A stretch of 64,000 nucleotides of DNA from the NCBI GenBank assembly GCA_040954595.2, contig CM082577.2:1550001-1614000 (forward strand). The letters run 5' to 3'. Below, piece after piece: positions 15,501-30,800 of this stretch. Below the pieces are notes generated by a model. It did not search any database, was not told where the DNA came from, and worked only from the letters and a program-made list of their open reading frames with translations. Both the position numbers and the translations under genes were made by a program. Numbering within the stretch: the stretch's first letter is position 1; the number at the start of each line of letters is the position of its first letter. Source of the DNA: Balanoglossus misakiensis. Its lineage: Eukaryota; Animalia; Hemichordata.

Positions 15501-18500
15501 TTAATTTCATGTAAAACTTTTCTTTTTGGGGGGCAAAAGTAGTGGTGTTTTCACAGTCATCATCTCACCTGGACCGCAGCAGCAGCTGTAACAAGAATGA
15601 TCTGACAACTGGGTTTGGATCAATGCAGTCTTCTTGGAACGGTGTGAATCCTCTGGTTTGGCGTTCTTTCTTTTCAGCATGTCTGGTCACATAACCCATC
15701 AGCATGGTGATCAGTTCGGGTTCCGGTGGCTCCCCTTCTGCAAAGCAGTATCTGGATACGAGCTCCATGAAGAAAGCGTTGCACCGACGACGGAAAGCAT
15801 TGTGAGATTCCACTGCCTCTCTGTAACATTCAATACACACATTTATTATCAGTCTCTGAAGGAACGAATGTATCACAGACCCAGAAAGAAAGTGTTGTTG
15901 TTTAAATCTTGGCAACTAAAATTATACACATCATAGATTGTTGTGGGACGTCATTCCAGTGCTCATGTACCGGTAGATACAGCTGAACAATACAATACAA
16001 TACAAATTACATGCATCTGCACCTTTTCAATGAACTGATTTCATCTGAGCAACAGGGTTTGTCAAACACGAATAAATACATGTTCATAGGAATATGCCTA
16101 TTTCTTAGGTCAGTGTTCATGCATGGTGCTTTAGAATTCTATGTTTCACCAATTGTACCGGTAGTGTATGTACACATACCTTGACTTTTGCGAACTCTGA
16201 ACTCTGAAATTGCGATCAACTGGGTCTTTGCATTTTGGACATATCCTCTCTCGTACTTTAAACCACTCCTTGATGCAGTTAAGGCAGAACACATGTTCAC
16301 ATGGCAACGCAACTGGTTCTTTGATGGCTTCTTGACATACCTCACATTCATGGATACCATATCTAGAAAAAAAAAAAAAACATTTGACTATGGTTACCCC
16401 TAGGAACCTGCAAACCAAATTTCAAAGCAATGGCACTAGTAGTTCCAGAGAAGATTTAGTTTTGACCCCAAAAATAGCAAAATTGCCCAAAACATGCAAA
16501 TATGTACATTTCACTACACTTTAATAAATTTTACTTACGGTAGGTCACCACCAGGAACCTGTATATTACCAGTCTACTTTGCTCACTCTTGCCTATACAA
16601 CATTGTAGATATTCAGTGTTCTGAGTTCAGTACTTACCTGAAGTGTTGTCTACTTGCAGTTTCATTACAATTCTTCAAGACTTTCTCAATGACTTTCATG
16701 TGCTTCACGCATTTCAAGTTAACATGTTCACCAAGAGCCTGAAACAAAATCACAGTTTATGTTAGAGCAGCGTCACTGACGCTTACATCATCAAACCAAA
16801 TATGTTACAATCAAATCACATCTGAAGCATTCACTATCACTATTCACTATCTGGTTTTTAGAGAAAATGATTGCCTTGAGAAAAATATATGAGAAAAAGT
16901 TTCAGACTTTCACTTTCAAGACATATACGACTATGCAAATGATCTAATGGTGACCAGGACACTCACCAAGCTGAGCTGATTGGTCTTCTTGATAATCTCC
17001 TCACCAACTTTACTGTCTGGGGGACATACATGGTCAACAAACAGCTTCAACATACATATACGTATCCACAGTGGTCTACAGCAAAACAAACAAAAGAAGG
17101 AAATTCATAATGACTGAGATTTGACAAGACTTTCTTTTTACTAGTACTGTAATGCATTGAGGACTTGTCGTAGGTTAATTAGAACAGCATCCCGGACAAC
17201 TTCCAGTTTGCTTTTTCACCATCAATGCATTCTGTTTCATGGACAGTGAGTAACATCAGCAATGTGAAGTAATGCTTTTAGAACATATTTCATCGTTCTT
17301 TAACGCAGCTAAAATAGTTGATGCAGTGCACCGTGGAATAACCAGTAGCAGATTTATTTAGCACTTAGATATTACACATACTTTTGCCAGGGCTATGCAC
17401 TTCTGTGTGCAAGGCTTTCAACGAGAGTAATATTCCCATACTGCTTACGCAAGTGACTACAACTTACCTACATTGCTGGATGTAAACACTACTTATGTCA
17501 CCATACACTTTTCCATCAGTATCTTGCTTCTCAGCATCTAGAATCCTTTCAACTATTGGTCTGGCATCTTGTACTCTCTTCAGCCACATCACCCTATCAT
17601 TGACGTCATTCAACTGGTCTCTTTGAGGTGTTAGAGTTTCCAGAAGAGCCCTGAGAGCCTTGGCATCCAAGACCTATGTGAATGAGGGAGTTGAACAAAG
17701 TGTGTTGAGTCAGTTTCTTGTGTGTGTTCAGTGACTAAAATGAAAGGCGATAATATTGTACAAATCTTTGACAAATGCTTTCAAAATATGGCAGAAAATA
17801 AAGCAAAACAAAAGTTTCAGGTCAGTTTTGTTCAATGAAGGTTATGAAGCCGGTCATGCCATCACTAATTTCAGTAAGCTTTAGCATTGCTGGAGAAAAA
17901 TCGTCTTGGGAGCATTTCAATGAATATTCTTAGCTAATGGTCAGGATGGAGATCTTCGCTCGACAATTTTTTTACAAACACATACAGACACAAAATGCAT
18001 GTAATAATGTGTGCTTGCCAAAGGAAAGCCACTACACCAAACAGAACTGAACTATTTTAGAACCTTTTTTCTTTCACAGCTGCTGTAAAATGATACTTGC
18101 CATTTGCTGTTCTTGCTCAGCTTCCCAGACCTTCACGTGTGGAGGCAACAGTCTGACAATCTGTGAGTAGCCATCAAGGCGTCCGTGTATACGGTGGTAC
18201 GATACATGAATACCGGGAATGTCTAAGCTGAATTGAGCAGGGTCATAATCCTCTGCAATATGTTGTTCAAGGGATGCTGTCTCTATCGCTCGACAGACAA
18301 CCTGCAAGAATTACATTTTTGAAAGTGACCAATATTACATAATGGGTTTAAAAACAGCCTTTTTAAAGATGAAGTCCAGTCCAGCTGATTTGTACATAAT
18401 TTGGTAGCTTTAAGGTCACTCTTTCAGCAAAAAATAACATTTTCGCCATGTAGAAGTCCAGCTATTTTTTACAAAAAAGAAGGAATGTTGGCAGAATTTC

Positions 18501-21500
18501 CAATATGGCGTTTACTGTAATCTGAATCATGGGGAAAAAGACGCCGGGACCAACTTGGTGTGGAGAGCCAAGGGAACCTATGTATCAGATTTCACTGAAG
18601 GCTCTCTGTATTTCCAGCAGTTGGTTAAGCATCACATCCACGAACAGGAGCATGGCAAAATGTTTCCATTGCTGGCTCATTTCTATCGGTGTACTACATA
18701 TTTTGGATACACCCATAATTTTGATACAAGCTTTATAAACCTATAAAAATTACTTGTATAATACCTGATGCTCTTCTTCATCACGTGCTCTATACACCAT
18801 TCTCACAAAGTCACTCAAGTAGCACCGCATGAAATCCTCCAACTCTCGCGGTTCCATCTGGCTAAGCAGAGTCCGGGAAAGTTCTGACTCAACAAGCAGT
18901 CTTTCCAAGGTCATCTTGACAGAACCTACGAAAACATGAAGCAGGGACTCTGGTTAAAATCTGTATCCAAAATGACAGTCACTTCAACAGTACACGTCAG
19001 CTTTTGGTGGCCTTTGTTATTTAATTACACTGTAATAGGATGAAGAGAATTACCAAACAAAATTGCTTCACATATTTTTTTCTGAACAAAAGACAGTTAT
19101 ACCTTTCATACTCAATGCACTTTCCATTATGTCATTCACATAGTTTTTGATGACACTAGAGAATGGACAGAGGCACTTGAAGTGGCTGTTGTTGACACCA
19201 GTGGAGTTGACTGGAACAGCGTCCCTTGGTGTATTCTTGACTGGAGACAGGAAGGATTCATATCTCAACACTGATAAGTTGGGGTTTCTGAGCAAGTCCA
19301 GCCACAGTCTGTACACCCAGCTGTTAGGAGGCGAGTTTTTGATCAAGTCCAAGTTATCATTTCTGTCCGAGAAGGCAATTACTTCCGCCAGTAGTGGTGT
19401 CACTGTGCCAACCAGACTCTGCCAAATGGCTCGTCTGTGAAAAGACATACATGTTAGGTTAAATCTCAAGGCAATGACTTCCTAAGAGAAACAGACAGCT
19501 AAAATTGCTGTACAAAATTGCTAGCACATGAGACCTGTTACAATTTGAAATGTCATGTGAAACACACACAAAAAACTTCTTGATTTGACTCGACTGAGAA
19601 ATGTCTTGTAGAAAAAGGAAATTAACTTTCTGGAAAAGGCTGATTTCAGATTGCTTTTAATACATTCTGTAAGTAGTAGTTTGTTATCTTAGCAAGTACT
19701 ATCTTTATTTCTATGATGCTCTTGTATAGGTTCATCAAAGTGCTTAAATGCTTTCCTACCGAATCACGAAATCACCCAGCATCAAGTTTACCTGAATGTG
19801 CCATGCACTTGAACCCGTTCTCCAGTTACAGCTTCTCTGCTCAGCCAAGTGGAGGCCATGTCACCTGCCCTCTCATCCTTCTCCTTGAGTAGCTGACAGA
19901 TGCGTTCTTTCAATACACTCACAAATGTTGTATCTGGGAAGAACATGAACAGATGGTAAATTTTTAGGTGAGCAGGACATTTGACAAAACACTGACTATG
20001 TGTATTTCCAGTTCATTGTAGGCTAATCATCAGTGGCTATATACCGGTACAGGAGTTCAATTAAGCTTCACTTCACAACTATTTCACATTGAAAGAATAC
20101 ATGTATCTGGGCTAATGCAACCCTTGTACTTACCCTGAGAGGGATCAGTCTGTTTGAACAACTCCAACACAATTTCAATCCTCTCAGTAGATCTTTGTGT
20201 CCTGTCCTCATCATCTTCCAGCATAGCAGTGGCAGCGTGAATACAGTTTTTCAGCAGAGCACTGGTGTTCAGAAGAGCAGCCCTGTTAGGTACATCGTCT
20301 GCATCTTTCCCTTCTGTGACAACACTCCTGGTGCAACTTGGCACTTCTTGGGCTCGACCACCCACATTCAGTGTTTCCAGGAGCCTCTGAGTCTCAAGCA
20401 TCTGAGAATCTTTGCATGGGAGTACCTCTGCAGCTTCATTTCCCTCTGCTTCTCGGGGTTCTTCTAAGTCCATTGCATTCTCTGCATTAGCATCAAAATT
20501 ACAGAATTTTAATTTATTTTCATGCTTCTCTGTGTTCTTCAAAGTTCTTTGCATTCTCTTTATCAATATTGCAATTATAGAATTCATTCTTAGAATGCCA
20601 AAACCATGCTCAAATAAATAAATCTTGGAGTTATACACCTGTACATACGTATATCCAAGGTTTTGATTGGACAAATCTGATTCGGTTCTTGAAATGCAGT
20701 CTCGCACATTTTTCTCTGTGACATGGCTTTTGATTTCCAACAATCTACACCTCTTTCAAATATTGTAGGTGTATACAATTATAACGAGAGTAGATTGGTA
20801 CATGAATATCTTAGCAGGACTCAAACCTAACTCACTCTTTTCATCTCCGCCTATTTCTTCCATATGAATATCCTCCAATACTAATCCAGATGCCCCACCT
20901 TCAGCCAACTCCATATCTTCCACTTGATCCAATGGCTCACGAACATCTGGGCGGACATCCACCATCTCGTCCTTTCTGTCTGTTGTAATGTCACTCTCAA
21001 AGAGAACACTGACTTTCTGGTTTTGTAGGGCAGTGATCTGCGGCAGGTTGGCATGCGGAGGTCGAAGTTCATCAATGTGAACAGACAGCCATTTCCCACC
21101 TGGGCACAAGTTAAAATTTTGATAAAACAATTATGTTGGTTGTAAAAATGGAAAATTACATGAAAAAAATGTTAAAACGTCATAATTATTAATGGAGCAG
21201 GCAATTAAAAAGAATGTAGCTTTGTGGAACTTCATAGTTTGGTGAAAGATGGAATTCACATGCACCACAGCATAAACACTATATCATGTGAAAAGCAACA
21301 AAAGAAACACACATTTTCCTATGTATGCACGCACCGTACCAACATGCATGTACATGTACAAGTACAGCTCTCACATGATTTCTTCAACATCTCTGGGATT
21401 GTGAGTGACAATTTTCACTGATATCAAACAAAACATAAGGGGAAAACAACTCACCTTGCAGCCCATCAAAACAGCCTCCAGCGACTCTGGGAAGTTGAAT

Positions 21501-24500
21501 AATGAACACTACATGAGCAGGTTGCCATTCTTCTTTCACTGCTTGCTTTTTAGCTTGCGCTCTCTCATCTTGGACAATGTACCTGGAGCATGCGATCAGG
21601 TTGGTGTTCTCATTGCCAGCATCACACTGAACTAACAGGAGCCTCTCCATCTGATTCAGGTTGGAATCATGGAAGAATTCTCTGCAGGAAGAGATACATA
21701 AAGGTATGGATGTAGACCGCTACATGTTTTCATGTTATAAATTTTTTGCATAGGGAATCAAATATGCCATTTCTATATGAATTTCAGTACCTACACGAAA
21801 TACAGTATACTCAATGATGCTTGTGAAGGTGAGTCACTTCCAAGAAAAAAGAAACAATTCATTACACTTCACCTTTAGGTGTATACATTGAAATTTTGCA
21901 ATACATATTGGAATGTGCTTATTTTCAAGTGCACATACATTGGGCTGTACCTGGATTAAAATACCATTGTACCACCATTGTTAGAAAGTAAATACCGAAC
22001 ACAGGGCAGTATTATGATCCTGCCATGCATTAAGACTTTACCTGACTTTCCTGGTGAACTGTTGTTCGGTTTGGAACTCCTGCAAGAACACGCTGTTCTT
22101 CACCAGGACTCTTGGTGCAAAGCCCAGACAGGCAGCCAAATCCTGCTGATCATATCTGGAGAGTAGTCTGGAGTGAGTTGTCACCTACATGTACAAGTAA
22201 ATGTGCAGAGGGTAAGATGAATGCAAGCTGGATGCTGAGGTACAAGTGCTGTTAAGGTGTGTTACATGTGGAGCTTCAAGACCCAACAATGCATCCGTGT
22301 ACACTGCACTGTATTTTTAATGTAGTGCAGTGTCTCTGCTGTGTATACAGACCTGTGTCACAGATCTTTGCCATCCTTGCTGACAAAAACTTATTTCAGA
22401 GATTTGTGACAGGGCCTACACAGGGACAAAGGTGAATGTTCTTCGAAAATCAAAGTCTTCAACCTTTTCTCACATTTGAATAAGGTAAAATTGTCTCAAT
22501 ATTGAAATTCAAAATGGCTTTCCATAAGTTCTGGAAACAAACAAACAAACAAACAAACAAAAATAATATGGCACACATTTGTTTTTAAATTATACATTAC
22601 CTGAGCAAGAACACCAGTCATCTTTGCCTTCTGCTTGGCCAGGTTGATTTGGTGTTCAAGATACCCAGCTAAAGAGTCATGCTTCTGTTCAGCGTTGTAC
22701 TTTTGCCACAGTCTCTCAGCTTCATTGCCAAGTCCAGATTGTGAGAGACGAGCGACTGCATCGGGTGTGGCACACTGCAGCAACAGATCTTGTGACCGTT
22801 GGAACACCTGCAAGAAAAACAGAGGTTCATGGAAACATGCAAGCAAGGTGTAGACTGAACGTACATGTTTTACAGATATTTTTGTACATCTCTGTGGTCT
22901 TTATAAATTTCAATTAACAATTTTTCTGTCATGCATTAATTAAAAGCTAATTATTATGTGCAACCTGATGCTTTCTCTCACTGCTTAGTGATTAAAGGAG
23001 TACGATCACTTCTTATTTACATATGCCCATATATGGTTAAGTGGGCTTAGCTAAGTCTTTGAACAATCATGTCATGGAGGACTTCTTCATGTGGCCACAC
23101 AAGTGAATATATCTATGGATCATGGTAGCTCTTAATAAATTTGCATAGATGACCATAGACATGTACTTTTAACTCTGGTAACATTAATAATTTTTCTGAC
23201 CAATGAAGACTTCGACCCACCTTTTGGCGCCAATCTTCATCTGCTTCATGCTGGTTCATCTCAGAGCAGACTTGCAGAACAATAGATGCTATTGTGTCGT
23301 TGTTGAAACCAATGAAAGCATCCTCTACCTTAAATTTATTTGATGGTCTGTAAAAGTTACCAAGTATGAAAATTGGAACTTTAGAACTTGACTAAATATT
23401 GCTCTCTGACCAATGTAAGTGTACTAATTTTGGGAAGTTTATCATATTTTTAAGGCAGTCACATTTCTGCAAAATGAGGTGCTGGCCCTTATTCGCTTTG
23501 CAAAAATACATGGCAACATGCACTTATTTTCTTGAGCAATATGTTTATGTACTTTCATTACCGGGTGTTGACTTTCTAATATTTCTTAAATTTTAACTTG
23601 ATAGCATTGTCAAATAGAGAGAATTACTGCACCAAATTTGACGAAATCATCTACACCTTTAAACAAATCCCAAAAAAGAAAAGACTTCTTTGCAAATGTT
23701 TTGCTTTTCTCAACAATACTGTACTGCAACATACCTTTGTCTCTGTTGTAACAAGCCCTGGTGAATGGTGGCAAATCTTTCTACCCACTTGGCTAATTCT
23801 TCAACAACTTTCAGTTCATCTGGTGTCAACATGGTGGTCATGGCGAGGAAGTGCTTCTCCAGGCGATTGATGAGTGGTATGGGAAATCTCTCGTACACAA
23901 CTTCCTTGTCTGCTACCACAATCAACCTATCATATGGAAAATTGTAGTTGTTTATTTCTGTACAAAGTATTTATGAAAAGTTGTTTATCTTATTGGAAAG
24001 TTCACATATCTCTTTCACCAGTTTTATTATGTATATTTGTGTGTGTGTTAATGAAGTACATTTGTGTGTGTTAATGCCAAGATACAAAGCATAATAACAT
24101 ACCTGAAATCACTGTGGACTCTGCACTTGACTCTGTGAGTTCCGAGACCCAAGTCAACGTATCGCTGACCGCCAAAGAACACATAATACTGATTCAGTGC
24201 GTCGTACAAGCTCTCGTACAGGTTTTCAAGATTCAGCAACACTACAGTACGCCCTGTTTCCATACACACTTTGATGCGGTTGATGTTGCGACACACCTAA
24301 ATGCACAAAATTGAACGAATTAATACACCATTTTCTATGGTGAACTTTCTAGGAAGAGTAAGAAGTGCTATGCACAATCTATCAAATATATGCAACCAAA
24401 AGCACGATTACACTGCTAAAAGTTTTTTATTAAGATTTCAAGTACATTTTCATGTAAAATTACTCTCAAAGCCCTGGGGCTTATATTTTTCTCAATAATA

Positions 24501-27500
24501 GCAGTTGTAGATTTGGCATCCAGACCCTATTTTATTATAGCACAGAACTTTTTAGACAATTTTGAAATCAAACAAAATTACAGGTTTTCATTGGGTGACG
24601 GGACGAAAAAGTGCACCACCGTATGTCAATTAGAGGTGACCGTATATTTTAAGTGCCCTCTGAAGAAAATTTTCTACCTACCTGTGTGTATTCCTGGTCT
24701 TTGGGAAAGCTACTTCCAAATATAATCACAGTATCCTCCATGCTCAGCAACTGCTGCTGCAGTATTCCCAGAGCTGCATAGTTCTCAGTCAGAACCAACA
24801 AATATCGGCTTTCACTATTTTAGAAACACACACACACACACATCAAAAAAATTTAAAGGCACATAAGCTGCAACTGGATAAAAAATTAAAGTTTTAAATA
24901 ATCTCATATAAGCTTTTAATTATGTCCATTAAATGCTATTTCATGATAATATATCAAGCTCAACACTTATTTATGACAAAATGGCCAAAAATTAAAGAAA
25001 AACGAAAATTCCTGCAATTTTTAAAAAAGTGCAATATTGCAATGAAAAATGAAAATCTGATGTCTCAGTGGTGTACATTTACTTCCATGAGCTCAAGTGG
25101 ATGAGATCATGTTTTGTTTATGAAGTTTCGCAACCGGAAATGCGACATTTTCATTGTTTCTTGCATTTTCCCACGGTGGCGGCCATAATCGCTTGCGGCA
25201 AAGCTTTATTATTTATCTGGTTAAAACTTGCATATGCACTCATATTTAGGGTTTATAATGCTTGTCTATTGTTCACTGCCTTCATCTGCATGGACTAATG
25301 GTAGTGCAGTTTTAAACAAAAAATATGAAAATTATCCCAAAAGTTACAGCTTACGTGCCTTTAATAAAAGTCTGTATAAGTGGGTATTCTGTTATCTTTC
25401 CTTTCATTACAAAAATGACATATATCATAATGGGTATTACACGTTGTTTGTTCATACAATCCAAACAAGTACTTTTCAGCAAACATATGAATAAATGCAA
25501 TGCTTGTGAGACACTTTCTGTTGTCCTACATGTATATGCATGATATGCTCATACACACACACACACACACACACTGACCTGTCCATATCAAGAATCTCCT
25601 TGTCAAGTCCTTGAAGACTGGCTCGGATGAGAGCAGCTGCACTGCACTCAGGATCATTTGGTCGCTGAAAAGAACATAAGGTCATGTTACATTAGGCACA
25701 AACAGTTAAACACACGATTCTCTACCAAAGGATGAAACAATTACTGAAATAGCAAAGACATATTTACTTTATCACTGACCATAATACCAAAAGAAGGTAC
25801 ACATAAAGGGTGCTATGTTCATGTTGAATTATAAATACAGGAGGTTGACGACTGTATATGTGTATGTAAGTGTGTGATGCTATATACTCAGAAGACTGGC
25901 CCAGATGAAGACACTTACTCTTTGAACGTCTCTGGTCACATGGTTCTGAAGTCTGTCAAATCTTCTGACAGGGTCAATCTGATCGTCCAGGCCCCCGAAA
26001 TTGCGCCTGATGGCATGTTCTAGCTGGGGCCATGACGGTGGCTCATCAGATGCCTTGGAGAATCCATACACCATCTTGACAAGGCTGTCGTTTTCAATCA
26101 TAAGAATGTTGTCATTTTGGAGGAAATTTTTCTCTTACTGGTTTAAATGGTAAGTATTCACGTGGTTGAGGCAGCCATGCATATTGAAATGATGGAATTT
26201 CAAGAGATTGTCACGGTTCACATTGATTTAGCAGTAAACTGGTGTATGTAGACAGTTTTTGATAATTTCCTTCAGATTTGCAAATATGGTTTAATGTAAA
26301 GCAACACACACATGAATTGTCATACAGTGATACTAAAATATCTCAATCAATGCTAAACTAGAAAATACTGTGTTTTAAACTTCATATGTGCCATCAGTAC
26401 ATACCTGTAAAAATCTCTCAAACCAAAGAATTCCTTCTTTTGATCTTTGTAAAGCTGCAAGTAGCCCTTTGCTAGAGCAGGGATCATGGGATCAATGCGA
26501 CTCAAGACAATTTCATCTGTTGAGCAAATGCCTCTGCAAAAGAAAACCACATTTTGATTTCATTTTTGTTCTAAACATGATGGCTTTTCTTTGCTCTCAG
26601 AATTGGAGAGAAGTGTTCATATTAAAGACAAATGGAAATTCACAAGTACAGACCACTAAGGAAAGTATGGGCATATGCCCATGTGACTAAAACACAAAGT
26701 AAACACAATGCAAAGATCCAAATAATGATGTACAGCAAAGGATAGTCAACTAACATGGCACTGTCCTTCAGTTCTTCTATGTCAGGCACTCCTCTGGATA
26801 CCAGTATTCCTCTGTTCATCTTGGCTGGATCCAACGCCCAGTTGGAAATGCCAATGAAGGCCACTTTCTTATGTGGTGGCGGATTGTCATCATCATCGCA
26901 GCCATATTCCAGCAGTGGATGCAATGTCTGGAAGACAATTGATCAACATGACTACACTGTCTCTTTGGTATGAAATAATTCTGATTAAAAGAATGATATA
27001 AAAGTTCATAATTCCTACCTTCAGCGGCATCTTTGGTGAGTCTTCCGCTAAGCCAACTTCATCCAAAACCACAACAGAAACAAAGCGATCAAGATCTTTG
27101 CCTTCTTGGAAACGACTGCATTGTCGGAATGTGCCCACAATGCCCTCTGGTGTTGACAGTGGACTACACTGGTATGACACCATGTGCACCTGTAATTACA
27201 AATTATATTTTCGTTAATGAAAATATCATGAATATTTTCCATTATACAATTACAGGTCTTCAGTTTGAGGACTTTATCGCTATCAGTATGCCAAATATCA
27301 ATGTACTTCAGACACTTACACCATACATATACTGACTTAGGCTTGAAATTTTTAGCTGTGTGTTAGAGACCTCACCTGCTTAAACTGTCTGAACAGATCA
27401 CTAGCAGCAGCGTCTCCTTGCATGGCATCAGCAACAATGGTCTTGGCCAGGGACTTAGAGCTGCCAGGTTTACCAACCAAAAACAGAGGTATTCTCAGCT

Positions 27501-27854
27501 CTATGCACACCACCATCATGAACACATTCTCCTTCAAAGCGGCATTTCTGGCAATATTATTTCCAAGACGAAGCTGATCAAGAAAAACATCTTGGCATCT
27601 GGAGGATGAATTACCAAATGAAATCAAATGAAATTTACAGTGAATACAAAATACAACTGTTTGTACTGGTTACATTACAAATTCCCTGCCCAGGAGTAAT
27701 ATAAAATCATAAGTACATCATAGAGCTTGAATGTTAGTCAACCTGGCCTGTACATTGAATTTACTACCATTGAGAATTTCATGGTATAGGTATTAGTAAC
27801 ACCCTGAATGAGTGAATGAATAAATGAATGAATAAATGAATGAATAAATGAATG

Positions 27855-27889
<35 letters not shown>

Positions 27890-30800
27890 GGTCTCCAACT
27901 TAACTGACCTTGTTATTTCTTCCAGGATCTGGTCTGCACCACCAGGGACATCACATGGTTCTTTGAAGTAGATTTCAATTTGCTCCCTATAATTTTCTCT
28001 CTCCTCTTGCAAGCAAGCATGATAACAGACTCCAAGCGCCAGAACTAAGGCTAAGGTCAGATTATCCAGTGGCTGTAAGGATAGAAGGACAGGCATAAAC
28101 AAAATTGAGCAAGAATAATAAGTATGGAACACCTACATGTACATACTGCATGCTCTTCAAGATATAAAAATAAATACTGGCAAATAGTATATACACATAT
28201 TGATTGGCCATGAGGGTGACAGCATACATTTGCGTCCCCTCAGTACTGTGAGTCACCCAATACAGTCTGTTTCCCTCGGCCTTGCGTAGTGTTCCGCAAT
28301 GAAAATATGAAAGCATTATGTGTGATGGCTTGGATTTATAGCTAAATGGAAATTAAGAATCATAAAAACATGGATGATAATTCTACTTGCGGTACCTCAT
28401 ATGTCTCATCCTCCTCGTCATCGTCCTCATGCTCTTCTTTTGCCGCTTCTTCCATCAATTCAAAGATTTGCTCATGGTTCAAAAACCAGACCAATACATT
28501 CATTGTTCTCTCCACGTCACGCAAGCTGACAAAACTGCATTCGTTCTAGATGATAGATTAGACAAGTGAGGTAGGGTCAGTCCAGCTTACCATGACTTAA
28601 ATATTCAGATCTTTAGATTATCCAGGTACATACATGTACTGGTACATGTAGGATGTCTTACTTTGAATTGTCTTAAATGTCATGACATATACCATGAATA
28701 ACTTTGATGTATACAATTTTAACTCTAAACAATGCACCAAAACTGAACAGTGTGAAAATGTTCGTGGTCAGTAACACCTGGTAAGATAGTCATCAAAATA
28801 TACCTGAATTGTTCTCACTTGAAATGATTTATGAATAACTGTTTTACCTTCCTGTCTCTCATGAATCTCTGTGACGCTGCTAACACAGAGCTTATGACTT
28901 CTTCCCTTCCTGCTGGGATCTTCTCTGAGTTCACCTGTAACACATGATATGATATAACATGTATGTACCGGGTATGTATCGTATATATGTGTACACAATG
29001 TACCAGTATGTGTGCACATGCATGAACACAATGTGTGTTGCAAATTTACAATATGCCATTTGGATTACTTTTGTGTGTAGAAATATTAGTGTTCATCTCT
29101 TGATTATCACCATGTCAATTTTTTCACAGGTGAACTCACATATCTTGCCACAATCTGTTTGATGTAGAGTTCTTCAATTTCACTGCTGAGCTGACCAAAA
29201 TCCCAAACCAATGGTAACATACTTGGTGGTAAGGCTTGTACTCTGTACACCAACTGTCTCAGAGGTATACGGCCTGTGTGAAAAGCAAAACATCAGCAAT
29301 CTAAAACGCATGTTCCACTAGATAATATGAATTTGTCGAGGTGTAACCAGTTGGTGTTATTGATAGGTTGAATGTAATTATAAAATCAAAGCTCAATACA
29401 TAATAAAGCAGAAATTCTGAAGTATACAGTACTGCTACTGTACTATAATTCAGCATGCTTTAAATACATGCACACTTACCAAGTTTATCATCTGTTTGTT
29501 CAGCCTTGATGTGGTAACCCAAACCAGCTTTCTCAAGATGGTCTATCATTTCATCTGTATGTCTACAATAAAAACAAAATTTGTTTGTCTACAATAAAAC
29601 TAAATCCATCCTGGGTTTTTTTAAGTATATCTCTAGGTCTGATTAATTTGCATAACAATTCTTTGAATTATTCCTGTCACAAGTTAAAGTAACATGCAGG
29701 TTTGTACCCACCTTCTGTAGGGATTACAGGCTGCAACAATTTTCAGTGCATTTGTTCCATGGTGCAATGGTTTACCATTCATGCGTCTGTCACACATGAT
29801 TTCTTTGATAAGACCAATGGCTTCTGTGGTGTTTGCTTCGTCAAAGAACAGAACTGTGTCCACCTTGTGTTTCTCCTTGTTCAACTTGGCCAGCCTCTCA
29901 GCTTCGTTGACTTTCTTGACAATGTCGCTGGCAGTTGTACCACCGTGGACCTTTGATGGGCAATCAGAATTACTGTTGAGCATTCATAGAAGTCCGTGGA
30001 ACACAAACTGTCTATTTTCTGATGTATCTGAATTCTCGCGACAAGAGGTACATGGTACCTGTATTTTCAGATTTTAACAGGTGACTGTATACCTTGGAAT
30101 TAAAATCAACATTGGTACTGTGTAACTGACCAAAACAGACTTATTAAGTACAGGTATGAAGTGATAATCTGCCAGCAAAAAACTGTTAATTAAATCTTTA
30201 ATGTGTGAACCAATGCAAATATACATATGTTAATCACCAACAATGTTCTATACAATGTGCATGTACATGTAAGATTTCAGAAAGTATACCTCACCTTCAT
30301 TAATATCATATTTTTAGGTCCATCTGCAGCAGCTATACCAGCCTGCAACTGACACATAAATCTGACCAGTCTTGTTTTGCCACATCCTGTCTCTCCCATG
30401 ACAATCACTGGGATACCACACCTGTGCAAAAATAACATTATTCCATGATATATCCTTTCTGTGAAAGTCTGCCCAAGTTAGGCAATTAATACTTCAACAA
30501 CGCCCCGAGATAAAATGAACCTCACTTCGCACTGCAGGATCACTTAAGCACTTACGCCAAATACCGTGCTTGTGTGAAATTATTTATCACTGACTGTCTC
30601 AGATTAGAACACCATATCTTGACCCAATGCACATTTGCACCAGTGTAAAGATGTAGACCATTCTGTAAACTGAGGAAAGACCTACCGGAATCTCATGTGT
30701 ATGGCCAGTATCTTTTTGACATTGTCAGTGGTGAGTTCATAGGTATCATCAGGATCGTGTGCCCACTCAATCCCCATCACCTGGCATAACTGTCCAATCT

